DNA of 64,000 bases. It comes from Mobula hypostoma. Taxonomy: Eukaryota. The position numbers and the translations under genes are program-made. The DNA is taken from contig NC_086097.1 of assembly GCF_963921235.1 (NCBI RefSeq), positions 205,594,001-205,658,000 on the forward strand, read 5' to 3'. Shown in pieces: positions 23,932-36,953 of this stretch; positions within the stretch are counted from its first letter, which is position 1; each line of letters opens with the position of its first letter. The notes below the pieces were generated by a model. The model was not told the DNA's origin and did not search any database. It worked only from the letters and a program-made list of their open reading frames with translations.

Positions 23932-24855
23932 AGGCAGTGGGGAAAAACTCACCACAGTTGTTTGAAAATCTCGAACTTGATAGCAATCACAGAGAAACAG
24001 TGATAACTTGGCCCTGGACTCCAGGTGTTTAACAACAAACACATCAAAGTCGCTGGTGAACGCAGCAGGCCACGCAGCATCTCTAGGAAGAGGTACAGTC
24101 GACGTTTCAGGCCGAGACCCTTCGTCTTTGAGAGCCTCTTGGCATTGTAAATGGGCTTTCTGACAGACTAGTTAATGCACCAAATGATCAACATTATGTT
24201 AAAGGTATTGTTTTTGAAGTGTTTAACTCAGACCTCTGAGGAGTTGGCACAGCTTGTTCAACTCTTTCTGCCTTACATGGGGATAAACCTATTGTGCTTG
24301 TTGACAGATCACATGAAGATTGTTGATAACCCAACTTCTAGAAAGCTAGTGATCTTCTTTTGACATTACATCCAAGGATTTCAGACCTGACTACTAGTAT
24401 TGACCATAGCAGTTCATCCATTTCACTAAAATTGCAATGATTTCCTGGCCCCTGCAGAAACGCAACTGTCTAATTTTATAACCTCTCCGCTATGGCACCA
24501 GAAAACTGGAGACCTCTCTCTCACATTGTCCATTCTAGAGAGTCTCCCAGATCAAAATGAATTCCAAACGACTAAAATCCATTTTCCCACAAAAAGTATT
24601 TGGCTGACTTTAAACAGTGTGACCTAGAATCGACTGATATTTGACACCCCTGACTCTGGAAGGCAATAAGCCAATGATCGTGGCTGAACAATCATCAACG
24701 TGAGTGAGTAGGCAGCATAAAGTTGGAGTGCTGCCTACACTGGAAATAATTTACAGTGTCCTGTCCTTAGTTATTTCTGCTGGCTTTCCAAATTACCCTC
24801 CTTGATATTTATCACATTTATAATGTAGTTTGTTTTAACTGATCCTGATAAATCT
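23932..24855 (-). repeat. Right arm of the inverted duplication, interrupted by a PLE mini-copy at 24033..24126
   Basis: Matches the left arm on both sides of the PLE insert. About 120 bp of the left arm (~18830-18950) has no counterpart at the insert. Confidence 0.9.
24033..24126 (-). mobile_element. Young PLE terminal-repeat mini-copy with a 5'-truncated hammerhead
   Basis: Near-identical to 40220-40308. The minus strand starts GACGAAGGGTCTCGGCCTGAAACGTCGACTG. Confidence 0.85.
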
Positions 24856-25360
24856 TCAATATCAATCTAACTCTTCTCTCCCACATAGCCTTCTATTTTT
24901 TCTTTCATCCATGTGCCTAAGAGTCTCTTAAATATCTTAATTCTGCCTCTACAGTGGATGGAACACACCCCTGGCAGTGCACCCCATGCACTTACCACAT
25001 TGTGCAAAAAAACGACCTCCAATATCTCTCAAACAACGCACATCAAAGTTGCTGGTGAATGCAGCAGGCCAGGCAGCATCTCTAGGAAGAGGTACAGTCG
25101 ACGTTTCAGGCCGAGACCCTTCAGGCCTGCTGCGTTCACCAGCAACTTTGATGTGTGCTGCTCCAATATCTCTGCTATACTTCCTTCCAATCACCTCAAA
25201 AGTACGTCCTCGCCTATTAGCCATTTCCACTCTGCGATAAAAGTGCGCTGGCCACTTTATCGTTGCCTCGTATCATCTTACACACCTCTATTAAGTCACT
25301 TCTCATCCTCGTTGGCTCTAAAGAGAGAAGCCCAGCTTCCTCCAACTTCCCTTGTAAATT
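24856..25360 (-). mobile_element. Old CR1 3' fragment hosting the 25030 insert
   Basis: CR1 3'-end similarity (CCTGGCAGTGCACCCCATGCACTTACCAC, TCATCTTACACACCTCTATTAAGTCAC). Confidence 0.65.
25030..25160 (-). mobile_element. 131-bp PLE mini-element with an inverted terminal duplication
   Basis: 13-bp TSD CTCCAATATCTCT (25017-25029, 25161-25173). Ends CACATCAAAGTTGCTGGTGAATGCAGCAGGCC and GGCCTGCTGCGTTCACCAGCAACTTTGATGTG are inverted. Confidence 0.9.
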
Positions 25361-25482
25361 CCTTATTTAAAAACAATTGAAATTTATCTAATAAGGAACT
25401 TGATCCAACAAATCTTACTTGTGAAGATGGAAAGGTGGTTATCGGGATTGAGTCAGGATCATAGGAAAGCATATCAAATTAG

Positions 25483-25760
25483 TGCGGCAAGGTAGCATAG
25501 TGGTCAGCACAGTGCTTTAGAGTACAGATGACCCCGGTTCAATTCCTGCTACTGCATGTAACAGTTTCTATGTTCTCCCCATGACCTTGTGCTTTCCTCC
25601 GGGTGCTCCAGTTTCCTTCCACAATCCAAAAAGACCTACCAGTTGATAGGTTAATTGGTCATTGTAAATTATCCCATGATGAGGCTAGGGTTAAAATCGG
25701 GGGATTGTTGGCTCGAAGGGCCTATTCCATGTGGAATAATAATCAATAAATAAATAATAA
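25483..25760 (+). mobile_element. tRNA-derived V-SINE (HE1-like)
   Basis: A-box TAGCATAGTGG, B-box GGTTCAATTCC, V-domain TTTCCTCCGGGTGCTCCAGTTTCCTTCC, (TAAA)n tail. Confidence 0.8.
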
Positions 25761-26959
25761 TCATAGTGGCAAGCTGTAAATCTGGCTGTGAAAATTGTAA
25801 AAGCAGAAGAGTATTTCAGTGCAACACTAGCAAGATCAAAATCTGCTGATTGGTTGGAAGCTGAAGATCACTCGAAAGAGTAATTTCTCAAATTATTAAT
25901 GTCACTTCATTAGTTACATCTACTTTCAAGAGGAACATAAATCTAAATCTGGTGTTTTAATTAAATTCCAAGGCATGCTGAAAGATCTTTCAAATAAATT
26001 AATTCTCAGCTTTAGAAGACTGAAAGATATTGAGGAGGAACTAACAGTCATCACCATTGTGTCAATAGATTCTGACAAGGGGCCCATATCACAGAAATGG
26101 ATTATTCTCATATCCATATTGATAGAAAATAACAAGATTACCACAAAAGTGCATATTCAACAAGAAAAATACCGCAAATGCAGGACGTACTGTACAAATA
26201 CAAAAATGATGGCAATAGTCATGTGCAATTGTATGGAACAGATCACACTTTGTCTGATATTTCCAACATGTTCAGGTGTGTTTCAAGCAAAGAGAAACTC
26301 ATTTGCTGAGAAATTGAATTGCATGCTTTTATTCTCTCCATTGTACTGATTTAATAAAGCAAATTGCATTTGCAACTATTCCTGGAGTTAATATTCCAAT
26401 CATGAAATTTACTATTCCTATCAAAAAAGATGTCCTTGCAGATTTAAAATTACAGACATGATCCCACCACTCCAAAAGCACAAATGCTGACATCATTTTG
26501 TTTACCTCCACCAAAAATATTGCAGACATGATAACCCTTCCCCCCATTGCTGCTGGACTTCCACTTCTATGTGATGCAGTTAGCTACCCATCCTATCGGC
26601 TATCTCCTTTTCGACTGACAGTAAAGGCTACACATTTCACATTGAGCTCACCAACCACCACATTACTGGAATAAGTCTTTCTCAACCCTTGAGATTGCTT
26701 TGGAAGAACGAATAAACAAAGAAAGTAAAACATACAGTATAAGTTCAGTTATGCATTTTAACATAGATTATAGAACTTAGAACAATACAGCACAGTGCAG
26801 GTCCTTTGATCCACGATGGACCAAAGCTACTCTATGAACAATCTAAACCCTCCCTATTATGTACATAGATCATGGAGTAGTTTTATATAAATAGCAACAT
26901 AGATTTTGTGTTCGTCCATGTATCTATCTAAGAGTATCTTAAATGCACCTAATGTATTC

Positions 26960-28975
26960 ACTCCCAGATGACCTCAGTGCTTTTATGTGCTTTGCAAGGG
27001 AGAATAAAACTACACCTCTGCAAATCCCTGCAGCGTCTAGTGACCCTGTGATCTCTGTCTCGGAGGAAAATGTCAGAATATTTTTCAGGAGGGTTTTTAC
27101 TCTTGCAAGGTGTCAGGCACTGATGGTACCTGGAAAGGCACTAAAAACCTATGCCAACCAACTAGCAGGAGTGTGCAAGGATACCTTCAACCTCTCACTA
27201 CGTTGAGTGTGTGCCTTTATGCCTCTGTACCTCTTTCCTGATGGAAGCAATGAGAACAAGGCTGGGTGATGGGGATCCTTAATGAAGGAAGCCCTCTTTT
27301 AGAGGCATCCTTCCTTGAAGATGTCCTGGATACTACAGAGGCTGGTGCCCATGGTGGAGCTGACTAAGTTTATAACTCTCTGCAGCTTATTTCGATCTTG
27401 TACAGTAGCTCCCATCCCATACCAGATGGTGATGCAGCCAGCTCGAATGGTTCATCTATATAAATTTGCAAGTGTTTTTGGTGTCATACCAAATCTCCTC
27501 AAACTCCTAACGAAGTGTAGCCACTGTTGTGCCTTCTTTATAACTACATTGAAATGTTGGGTCCAGTTAGATCCTCAAAGATACTGACACCCAGAAACTT
27601 GAAATTGCTTACTCCTTCCACTTCTGATTCCTCTATGAGAACTGGTGTGTGTTCCTTCGACTCACTCTTTCTGAGATCTACAATCAGATCTTTGGTCTTA
27701 CTGACGTTGAGTGCAAGGTTGCTGCTGTGACACCATTCAAATGGCTAATATATCTCGCTCCTGTATGCCCCCTCATCATCATCTGAGATTCTGCCAACTA
27801 TGGTTGTATCGTCAACTAATTTTTATATGGCATTTGAGCTGTGTCCAGCCACACAGTCAAGAGTGTAGACAGAGTAGAGCAGTGGGCTAAGCATACATCC
27901 CTGAGGTGTTCCAATGTTGATTGTCAGCAACGTGGAGATGTTATTCATACAGATTGTAGTCTTCCGGTTAGGAAGTTGATGATCCATTTGCAGACGGGGA
28001 TACAGAGGGTGTGGTTTTGGAGCTTTTTGGTCATAACTATAGAAAAAATTGTGTTAAGCACTGAGCTGTAGTGAATAAACAGCATCCTAACATAGGTGTT
28101 AGTCCAGGTGATCCAGTGACGAGCCAATGAGATCACACCCACCATAGACCTATTGTGGCAATAGGCAAGTTGCAGTGGGTCCAGGTTCTTGCAGACTGTA
28201 CATGTGTGTGCTACTGGATGATAGTTGTTAAGACAGCTTGCCCTGCTCTTCTTGGGCACTGACATAATTGGTGCCCTTTTGAAGTAGGTGGGAAATTCTG
28301 ATTGTAGTAATGATAGACAGAAAACACCTTTGAACACCGCTGCCGATTGGTTGGAACAGATTTTCAGACTCCTACCAGGTACTCCATTAGGTCCTGTCAC
28401 CATGCGGGCATGCACCCTCTTGAAAGACATCTTGACGTTGGGTTCTGAGATAGAGATCACAGGATCACTGGGTGTTGCACGGATCCACATAGCTGTAGTT
28501 TTATTCTCCCCTTCAAAGCAAGCATAAAAGGCATGGAGTTCATCTGGGAGTGAAGCATTACTGCCACCCAGGATGTTGGGTTTTGCTTTGTAGGAAGTAA
28601 TGGCCTGCAAACTCTTCCAGAGTTGATGTGCATTCGGTTATGGATGTACTGTGGAGAGCATTCGAACTGGTTGCATCACCATCTGGTATGGAGGGACCAG
28701 TACATGAGATCAAAAACAAACTGCAGTAGGTTGCCAATTCAGCCAGCTCCATCATGGGCACTAACCTCCCCACCATCAAGGACATCTTTAAAAACCAACG
28801 CCTTAAAAACACAGCATCCATCATTAAAGACTCCCATCACCCAGGACATGTTCTTGTCCCATTGCTACCATCAAGGATGAGGTGGAGCCTGGAGACACAC
28901 ACTCAAAGTTTTAGGTACAGCTTCATCCCACCACCATCAGATTTCTGAACAGAAAATGTATCCATGAACCCTATC
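26960..28975. mobile_element. Rearranged Rex1-clade LINE fragments (+ 26960-27200, - 27200-28620, + 28620-28975)
   Basis: LPD(D/E)L..F..RENKT, LDPLQLAY and HPGHVLVPLLPS motifs in alternating orientations. Flanked by old CR1 pieces (26765-26960, 28975-29680). Confidence 0.75.
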
Positions 28976-31216
28976 TTGACAGGACAACCCCCTCATCCTA
29001 GGAATCAGCCTGAGGAATCTCTTTTGTTCTGACTCCAATGGTAGTGTGTCCTTTTGTTTTTAAATTGGGCGCAGCATTTCAGGTGTGGCCACACTCATTA
29101 TTTTTAAATGCCAATAGCGGCTAACATAACTACTTTTTGTAAGTGCCTGCAAACAATTTGAGATTTATGTGCTGCAACACCTAAATCCTTCTGTATTTCA
29201 CTGCCGTGCATCACTAATCCACTTTGTAATTTCTCTTCCCAAGTGCACAACCTCAAACTTCACTACCTTAAACTTTATTACCAGATTTTCAGCCAATCTC
29301 TCAGTCTATTTATATCCTGTTGTAGAATCATAATTTCTTTGTCACAATGTGCTTTTTCATCTATATTCATACCATTGCAAGCTTTTGTTCCCTTCTACAA
29401 GAATCGTAAAGAACTGAAGATCAGGAAAGAACCCCTGGGGTACTCCATAGTAACACCACTCCAGCATGAATAGGAACTATTTTCCCACCTTTTGGTTTCC
29501 TATATGAAAATCAGTTTTTAACCCAGGCTAGCACACTTCCACCAATACCTCAGGTTCTTACTTTATGACTGTTCCTCTTATGTTGCATCTTGTCAAATCC
29601 CTTTTGAAATTTGGAACACATTACATCTACAGGTTTCCCCTTATCGACATTCCCAATTACATTTCTCGTAAAAGGTAGTTGATGATGTTTGGATTTTAAC
29701 AAGGTTTTGTAAGGTCCTGCAGATTTAATATAAATATCTAATCTCTGACATAAAAAGCTAGGTGTTTTTGTTTTAGCACCCATTTGCTGAGAAAAATTAC
29801 TATGTGCTTTCATTCTGTCTCTGTTAGTGATGATGCTATAGGCTGTACCTCTCCCAGGTTACCTAAGGCCTACTAACAACACACACACACAATGCTTGAG
29901 GAACTCAGCAGGCCAGGCCTACTATGTGTGACTGTTTTATGCTGTTTTAAAAAAATGTTTCCAGGGTACAGCCAACCTTATAATAAACATTTGGAAAGGA
30001 TTTGTTTTGAATGTTTATTCACAAATCTGTTCAATAAAAATTAGCATGGATGAGGCCCAAGGTAAAAAAGCTGATTTGAATTTAGCTAGCTCAATCAAGC
30101 CAAGACAAAGCAAAACATAAAGATTAATTTTCATGAAAGATTTCACTATCTTTTATTAAAAGAAATAAAGCTGATAGCCAGAAAGAGAAGGGGGAAATAA
30201 TGCACAATAGACTGAAGCTGAAACAGACAAGAGTACACATAGAGATTGATGTGAGAGGAAAATGTAGAACAAGAAACTAGTGTGGTAAGGCTTGTAGACA
30301 AGAATTTGAAGTTAATTCCGAAGGTTTGGAAGGTAGGAGCCTGGTGAAGGTATGAAATATTACAATGTTACCAATAACAGATTGTGCTTCAATCTACTTC
30401 ATTTGAGCATAGTAAACACGTGCCTGATTCAGGTGGAAGGCCTTTCCATTCAAAATAAATTCAAATGCCAACATTGGAGTGTTGAGAACGTTGAGACTCA
30501 TTAATTGCAGTTGTACCTGCAGTCTTCAGTGCCACACTTCATTACATGATATCACGAGAACAATTGCTGTTGTTCCAATCTGAATTCTAAAGTTCTGCTC
30601 TTTGGTCATGTTGCTATAAATTTTGAAACTTAGTGGTCCTGGTGAAACTGAAAATGAGCATTGGTGAGGAGTGTAATTATTAAATAACAGCTAAATATTA
30701 CTGATACATTCCACTCCTTAGCTATTTAGTGATTGGGATGATAATTATCAAGTTTTAATTTGTCTTGACCTTTGTGGGCTAGAATATTGAGTAACTGCCA
30801 ATGCAGTTAGCTGTAGCTTGTTTACAGGAGGAAATATCATTAAGGTCAGATGTTTTATTGTCCTATCAGCTTTGCTGTCTCCAGCAATTTCTCAGCTATT
30901 TCTTTATAATGATGTACAATGAATCACATTGGGAGAAGATTCACTGAAGATTGAGTTTTGAGAGGTGAAAACCTAAGGAAGAAGTCAAAATTAATCACCT
31001 ATTTCCCACTTCTGACTGCAAATGCTTTAGCCTTAACATTGCTACTCCACTGCTGGGTTCTGACATTGGAGAGCTTGCGGATGGTCTTGGAGCATCCTCC
31101 TACAATTAGCTGTTTAGTTTTCCACCATCATTCATGTCTAGATGTAGTAGGGCTTCTGAACCTTTATTTGATCTATTGATTCATATAGCTTTTTATACTT
31201 ACATCTTGCTTTAGCT

Positions 31217-31879
31217 GATGGCGGCGCAACGGAGCTTGCAGTGGCCACTCCGGTGAATGATATCTGTAATCTGTCCAGTAGGGTGCCATGCACAATCCTG
31301 ATTTGATGGAGACAGACGTGAGAGCACGGAGGAACATCTGGTGAAACTTCTGAAATGCTTGTTTCGCTGCCGCTGCTACTGTGGGATCCAGAATCTCCGA
31401 AGGGGAAGGCCCCGAGTCCTCAGCTTTGTTTGTTGCTCAGCGGCCGGGGCGGGGTCGAAGCGCTTGGCAGAGATGGTGCTCAGTGCTCGATGTTGGAGGG
31501 CTGGTTGGAGGATCAAAGTTTTCCGATGGACTCAGAGTTGGCCGCGGTCGGGTGCTTCCAATGTATCGGCAAGTTTGCAGCACTTGGGGGTTTATGGCAG
31601 GGAGAGTTTCTCCTTTCTACCATCTGCGTGAGATGATGGGGCTTTTGGGACTTGAGACTTTTTTTTTTACCATGCCCGTGGTCTGTTCTTTATCAAATTA
31701 CGGTATTGCTTTGCACTGTTGTAACTATATGTTATAATTATGTGGTTTTGTCAGTTTTAGTCTTGGTTTGTCCTGTATTTCTGTGATATCTTTCTGGAGG
31801 AACATTGTATCATTTTTTGATGCATGCATTTCTGAATGACAATAAACGAGGACTGAGTGTCCTCATAATCGAATCTAAT
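31217..31879 (+). mobile_element. ~660-bp non-coding retroelement-like repeat, copy 1
   Basis: Starts GATGGCGGCG and ends GACAATAAACGAGGACTGAGTGTCCTCATAATC. End-to-end homologous to 37979..38673 in the opposite orientation. Confidence 0.8.
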
Positions 31880-32461
31880 ATATAGATCATAATTAGATTG
31901 CAAATTCCTGTCTGAGCTACATAAATCTTTGGTTAGGTGTGCTTAGAATATCATGTGTGTTTCTAGTTGCCCCACTACATGTACATGCTGGATATGGAGT
32001 GTTTGATAAGGGTATAGAAAAGGGTTTGAACTATAAAGAGAGGTTCGACAAACTTGAATTGCTTGCCCTGGAGCTTTGGAGGCTGAGCAGAGATATGACA
32101 GAAGTTAACAAAATTATGATAAGCATATAATATATAGCATATAAGTCAACAACCAGAAATATTTTCTCAGCTTATAAATGTCAAATATTAGAGTACGTGA
32201 ATTTAAGGTGAGATGAGAAAATTCAAAATACCTTTCTGGGACAAGTATATTTTTTTTACATTGAAAGTGATCGGTGCTTGGAATGGGCTACCTCTGGTAG
32301 TGGTGAAAGCAGATATGCTAATAACATTTGTGAGGATTGTAGATAGGTACATGGATATGCTGAAATGGAGTGATATTATCATAAGCTGTCAGAGGAAATT
32401 TAGAGTAATTTGGCATTGTGTTTAGCACAGTCATCATGGTCCAAAGGTGCTATTCCTATAT

Positions 32462-33748
32462 TAGACCATGAGACATAGGAGCAGAATTAGGTCACTTGGC
32501 CCTTCGAGTTTGCTCTGCCATTTTAACATGGCTGACTTATTATCCCTCTCAACCCCATTCTTCTTGCTGTAAACTTTCAAGCCCTGATTAAGCAAGAACC
32601 TATCTCCTCAGCTTTAGGTATACTCAATGACATGGTTTCCACAGCTGGCTTTGAATTCAGACAAGACATCCTCTGGCTAAAGAAATTCCTTCACATCTCT
32701 GTTCTAAATGGACTTCTCTCTATCCTGAGGCTGTGCCTTCTGGTCCTAGATTCACTCACTATACAAAACATAGGCCTTTTAATGTTAAATAGGAGTCCCC
32801 CCTCATTTTTCTAAACTCTAGTGAGTACAGGCCCAGAGCCATCAAACACTACTCATACGTTAACATTTGCATTCCTGGAATCATTCTCATGAGCCTCCTC
32901 TGAACCCTCTCCAATACCACTACATTGTTTCTTAAATAAAGGGCTCAAAATACTCACAGACATCATATGTCTAGCATCATATTCTTGCTATTATGTTCTA
33001 GTCCTCTCAAAATGGATACTAAAATTGCATTTGCCTACCTTACCACCAAATCAACCTGCATGTTAACCTTTAGGAAATCCTATATTAGGACTTCTAAGTC
33101 CATTTGTACCTCTGATATTTGAATTCTCTCCCTGTTTAGAAAATATTCTGCATCTTCATTGCTTCAAAGTGCATGACCATACACTTAATTACACTATATT
33201 CCATCTGCCACCTCTTTGCATCTTCTCACAATCGGTCCACGTCCTTCTGCAGAATCCCTTCTTCCTCAATAATACATGCCCCTCGACCTATCTTTGTATT
33301 GTTGGTAAATCTGGCCATAAAGCCATCAAATCTTTCATCCGAATCATTGACATATAACATGAAAAGAAGTGGTTCCAATACCAACCCCTGTAGAACACCA
33401 CTAGTCACCTACAGCCGACCAGAATAGGTCCCCTTTATTTCAGCTCTCTGCCTCCTGCCAATCAAGTATCCTTTAACCATGCTAGTATCTTTCCTTTAAT
33501 ACCATGGGTTCGTATCTTGTTAAGCAGCCTTGTGAGCAGCACCTTGTTAATGGTCTTCTGAAAATCAAAGTAAACAACATCCACTGACCCTCCTTTGCTT
33601 ATCCTGCCTGTTACTTCTTCAAAGAGTTCCAACAGATTTGGTAGGCAAGATTTCCCCTCAAGGAAACCTTGCTGATGTCAGCTTGTTTTATCATGTGCTT
33701 CCAAGTACCCTGAAATCTCATCCTTAATAATGGGCTCTAACATCTTCC
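32462..33748 (-). mobile_element. Old CR1, 3' part (resumes at 36954..37470)
   Basis: SGVLQGLVLEPLLF RT remnant and CR1 3' end. The continuation carries VDKLCGPDG and DWKISNVTP. Confidence 0.8.
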
Positions 33749-36700
33749 TTAGAGTAGAGCTGTTAGGGAGGGTTTAAACTAATTTGGCAGGGGGATGGAA
33801 ACCGGAATGATAGAGTGGAGGAAGGGGAAAACAGAAATAAATCTAAGATAGTGAGTGGTAAAGATGTCAGGAAAGACAGGCAGGTGATGGGGCAAATTTG
33901 TAGCCATTGGGATGAGTTGCAGTGCAATAAAGTTGTAGTGCAATCAAAGCGAGAAGTACCAAATACTGGTCTTAAGGTGTTGTACTTAAATGCACGCAGC
34001 ATAAGAAACAATGTGGATGATCTTGTCATACAGCTGCAGATTGGCAGGTATGATATTGTGGCCATCACTGAGACGTGGCTAAAGGGTGCATGTCTCTGGG
34101 AGCTGAACATCCTTTAGGCAGAGGGAGTGGCGTGGCTTTATTGGTAAGAAATTATATTAAATCATTAGAAAGAGGTGACATAGGATCGGAAGGTGCAGAA
34201 TCTTTATGGGTTGAGCTAAGAAATTGCAGGAGTAAAAGGACCCTGATGGCAGTTATATACAGGCCTCCAGACAGCTGCAGTGATGTGGACTACAAGTTAC
34301 ACAACAGGAAATAGAAAAGGCTTGTCAGAAGGGCAGTGTTATGATAATTGTGAGGGATTTTAACATGCGAGTGGATTGGGAAAATCAGGTCGGCACTGGA
34401 TCTCAAGAGAGAGAATTTGTAGAATGTCTACGAGATGGCTTTTTAGAACAGCTTGTTGTTGAGCCCACTAGGGGATCGGCTGTACTGGATTGGGTATTGT
34501 GTAATGAACCGGACGTGATTAGAGAGATTGAGGTGAAGGAGCCCTTAGGAGGCAGTGATCATAACATGATTGAGTTCACAGTGAAATTTGAAAAAGAGAA
34601 GCTGAAATCCGATGTGTCAGTATTTCAGCGGAGTAAAGGAAATTATAACGGCATGAGAGAGGAACTGGCCAAAGTTGACTGGAAAGGGACACTGGCGGGA
34701 AGGACGGCAGAGCAGCAGTGGCTGGAGTTTATGCGAGAAGTGAGGAAGGTGCAAAACAGGTATATTCCAAGAAAGAAGAAATTTTCGAATGGAAAAAGGA
34801 TGCAACCGTGGCTGACAAGAGAAGTCAAAGCCAAAGTTAAAGCAAAGGAGAGGCCATACAAGGAAACAAAAATTAGTGGGAAGACAGAGGATTGGGAAGT
34901 TTTTTTAAAAGCTTACAAAAGGAAACTAAGAAGGTCATTAAGAGGGAAAAGATGAACTATGAAAGGAAGCTAGCAAATAATATCAAAGAGGATACTAAAA
35001 GCTTTTTCAAGTATATGAAGAGTAAAAGACAGGTGAGAGTAGATATAGGACCGATAGAAAATGATGCTGGAGAAATTGTAATGGGAGATGAGAAGATAGC
35101 GGAGGAACTGAACAAGTATATTGCATCAGTCTTCACTGAGGAAGACGTCAGCAGTATACCGGACACTCAAGGGTGGCAGGGAAGAGAAGTGTGCGCAGTC
35201 ACAATTACAACAGAGAAAGTACTCAGGAAGCTGAATAGGCTAAAGGTCGATAAATCTCCTGGACCAGATGGAATGCACCCTCGTGTTCTGAAGGAAGTAG
35301 CTGTGGAGATTGCGGAGGCATTAGCGATGATCCTTCCAAAGTCGATAGATTCTGGCATGGTTCCAGAGGACTGGAAGATTGCGAATGTCACTCCGCTATT
35401 TAAGAACGGGGCACAGAAGCAAAAAGGAAATTATAGACCTGTTAGCTTGATATCGGTGGTTGGGAAGTTGTTGGAGTCGTTTGCCAAGGATGAGGTTATG
35501 GAGTACCTGGAGGCATATGACAAGATAGACAGAACTCAGCATGGTTTCCTTAAAGGAAAATACTGCCTGACAAACCTATTACAATTTTTTGAGGAAATTA
35601 CATGTAGGCAAGACAAGGGAGATGTTGTATATTTGGATTTTCAGAAGGCCTTTGACAAGGTTCCACACATGAGGCTGGTAAACAAGAGCCCATGGAATTA
35701 CAGGAAAGTTATATACATGGATGGAGCGCGAAGGGTCTCGGCCCGAAACGTCGACTGCACCTCTTCCTACAGATGCTGCTTGGCCTGCTGCGTTCACCAG
35801 CAACTTTGATGTATGTTGCTTGAATTTCCAGCATCTGCAGAATTCCTGTTGTTTACCTGGATGGAGCGTTGGCTGATCGGCAGAAAACAGAGATTGGGAA
35901 TAAAGGGATCCTATTCTGGTTGGCTGCCGGTTACCAGTGGTGTTCCACAGTGGTCCGTGTTGGGGCCGCTTCTTTTTATGTTGTACATCAACGATTTGGA
36001 TTATGGAATAGATGGCTTTGTGGCTAAGTTTGCTGATGATACAAAGATAGGTGGAGGGGCCAGTAGTGCTGAGGAAACAGAGAGTCTGCAGAGAGACGAA
36101 TAGATTGGAAGAATGGGCAATGAAGTGGCAAATGAAATACAATGTTGGAAGGTGTATGGTTATGCACTTCGGCAGAAGAACTAAACAGGCAGACTATTAT
36201 TTAAATGAGGAGAGAATTCAAAGTTCTGAGATGCAACAGGACTTGGGAGTCCTCATGAAGGATACCCTTAACGTTAACCTCCAGGTTGAGTCGGTGGTGA
36301 AGAAGGCGAATGCAATGTTGGCATTCATTTCTAGAGGAATAGAGTATAGGAGCAAGGATGTGATGTTGAGGCTCTTTAAGGCGCTGGTGAGACCTCACTT
36401 GGAGTACTGTGGGCAGTTTTGGTCTCCTTATTTAAGAAAGGATATGCTGACGTTGGAGAGGGTAGAGAGAAGATTCACTAGAATGATTCCGGGAATGAGA
36501 GGGTTAACATAAGAGGAACATTTGTCCTCTCTTGGACTGTATTCCTTGAAGTTTAGAAGAATGAGGGGGGACCTCATAGAAACATTTCGGATATTGAAAG
36601 GCATGGACAGAGTGGATGTGGCAAAGTTGTTTCCCATGTTGGGGGAGTCTAGTACAAGAGGGCATGACTTTAAGATTGAACATTCGGAACAGAGATGTGA

Positions 36701-36953
36701 GGAAATTTTTTTAGCCAGAGGGTGGTGAATCTATGGAATTTGTTGCCACGGGCAGCAGTGGAGGCCAAGTCATTGGATATATTGAAGGCAGAGATTGATA
36801 GGTATCTGAGTAGCCAGGGCATCAAAGGTTATGGTGAGAAGGCGGGGGAGTGGGACTAAATGGGAGATTGGATCAGCTAATGACAAAATGGCGGAGCAGA
36901 CTCGATGGTCCGAATGGCCGACTTCTGCTCCTTTGTCTTATGGTCTTATGGTC
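33749..36953 (+). mobile_element. Younger CR1 nested in the older CR1, near-complete frameshifted ORF2
   Basis: [52 protein letters not shown]. (GTCTTATG)n tail. Confidence 0.92.
35729..35853 (+). mobile_element. Young PLE terminal-repeat mini-copy inserted in the CR1 RT
   Basis: TSD TAC(A/C)TGGATGGAGCG (35714-35728, 35854-35868). Starts CGAAGGGTCTCGGCCCGAAACGTCGACTG. Confidence 0.9.

Noticed and set aside
25483..25560. tRNA gene
   Set aside because: A and B boxes are present, but there is no cloverleaf and the sequence continues into a V-SINE body.
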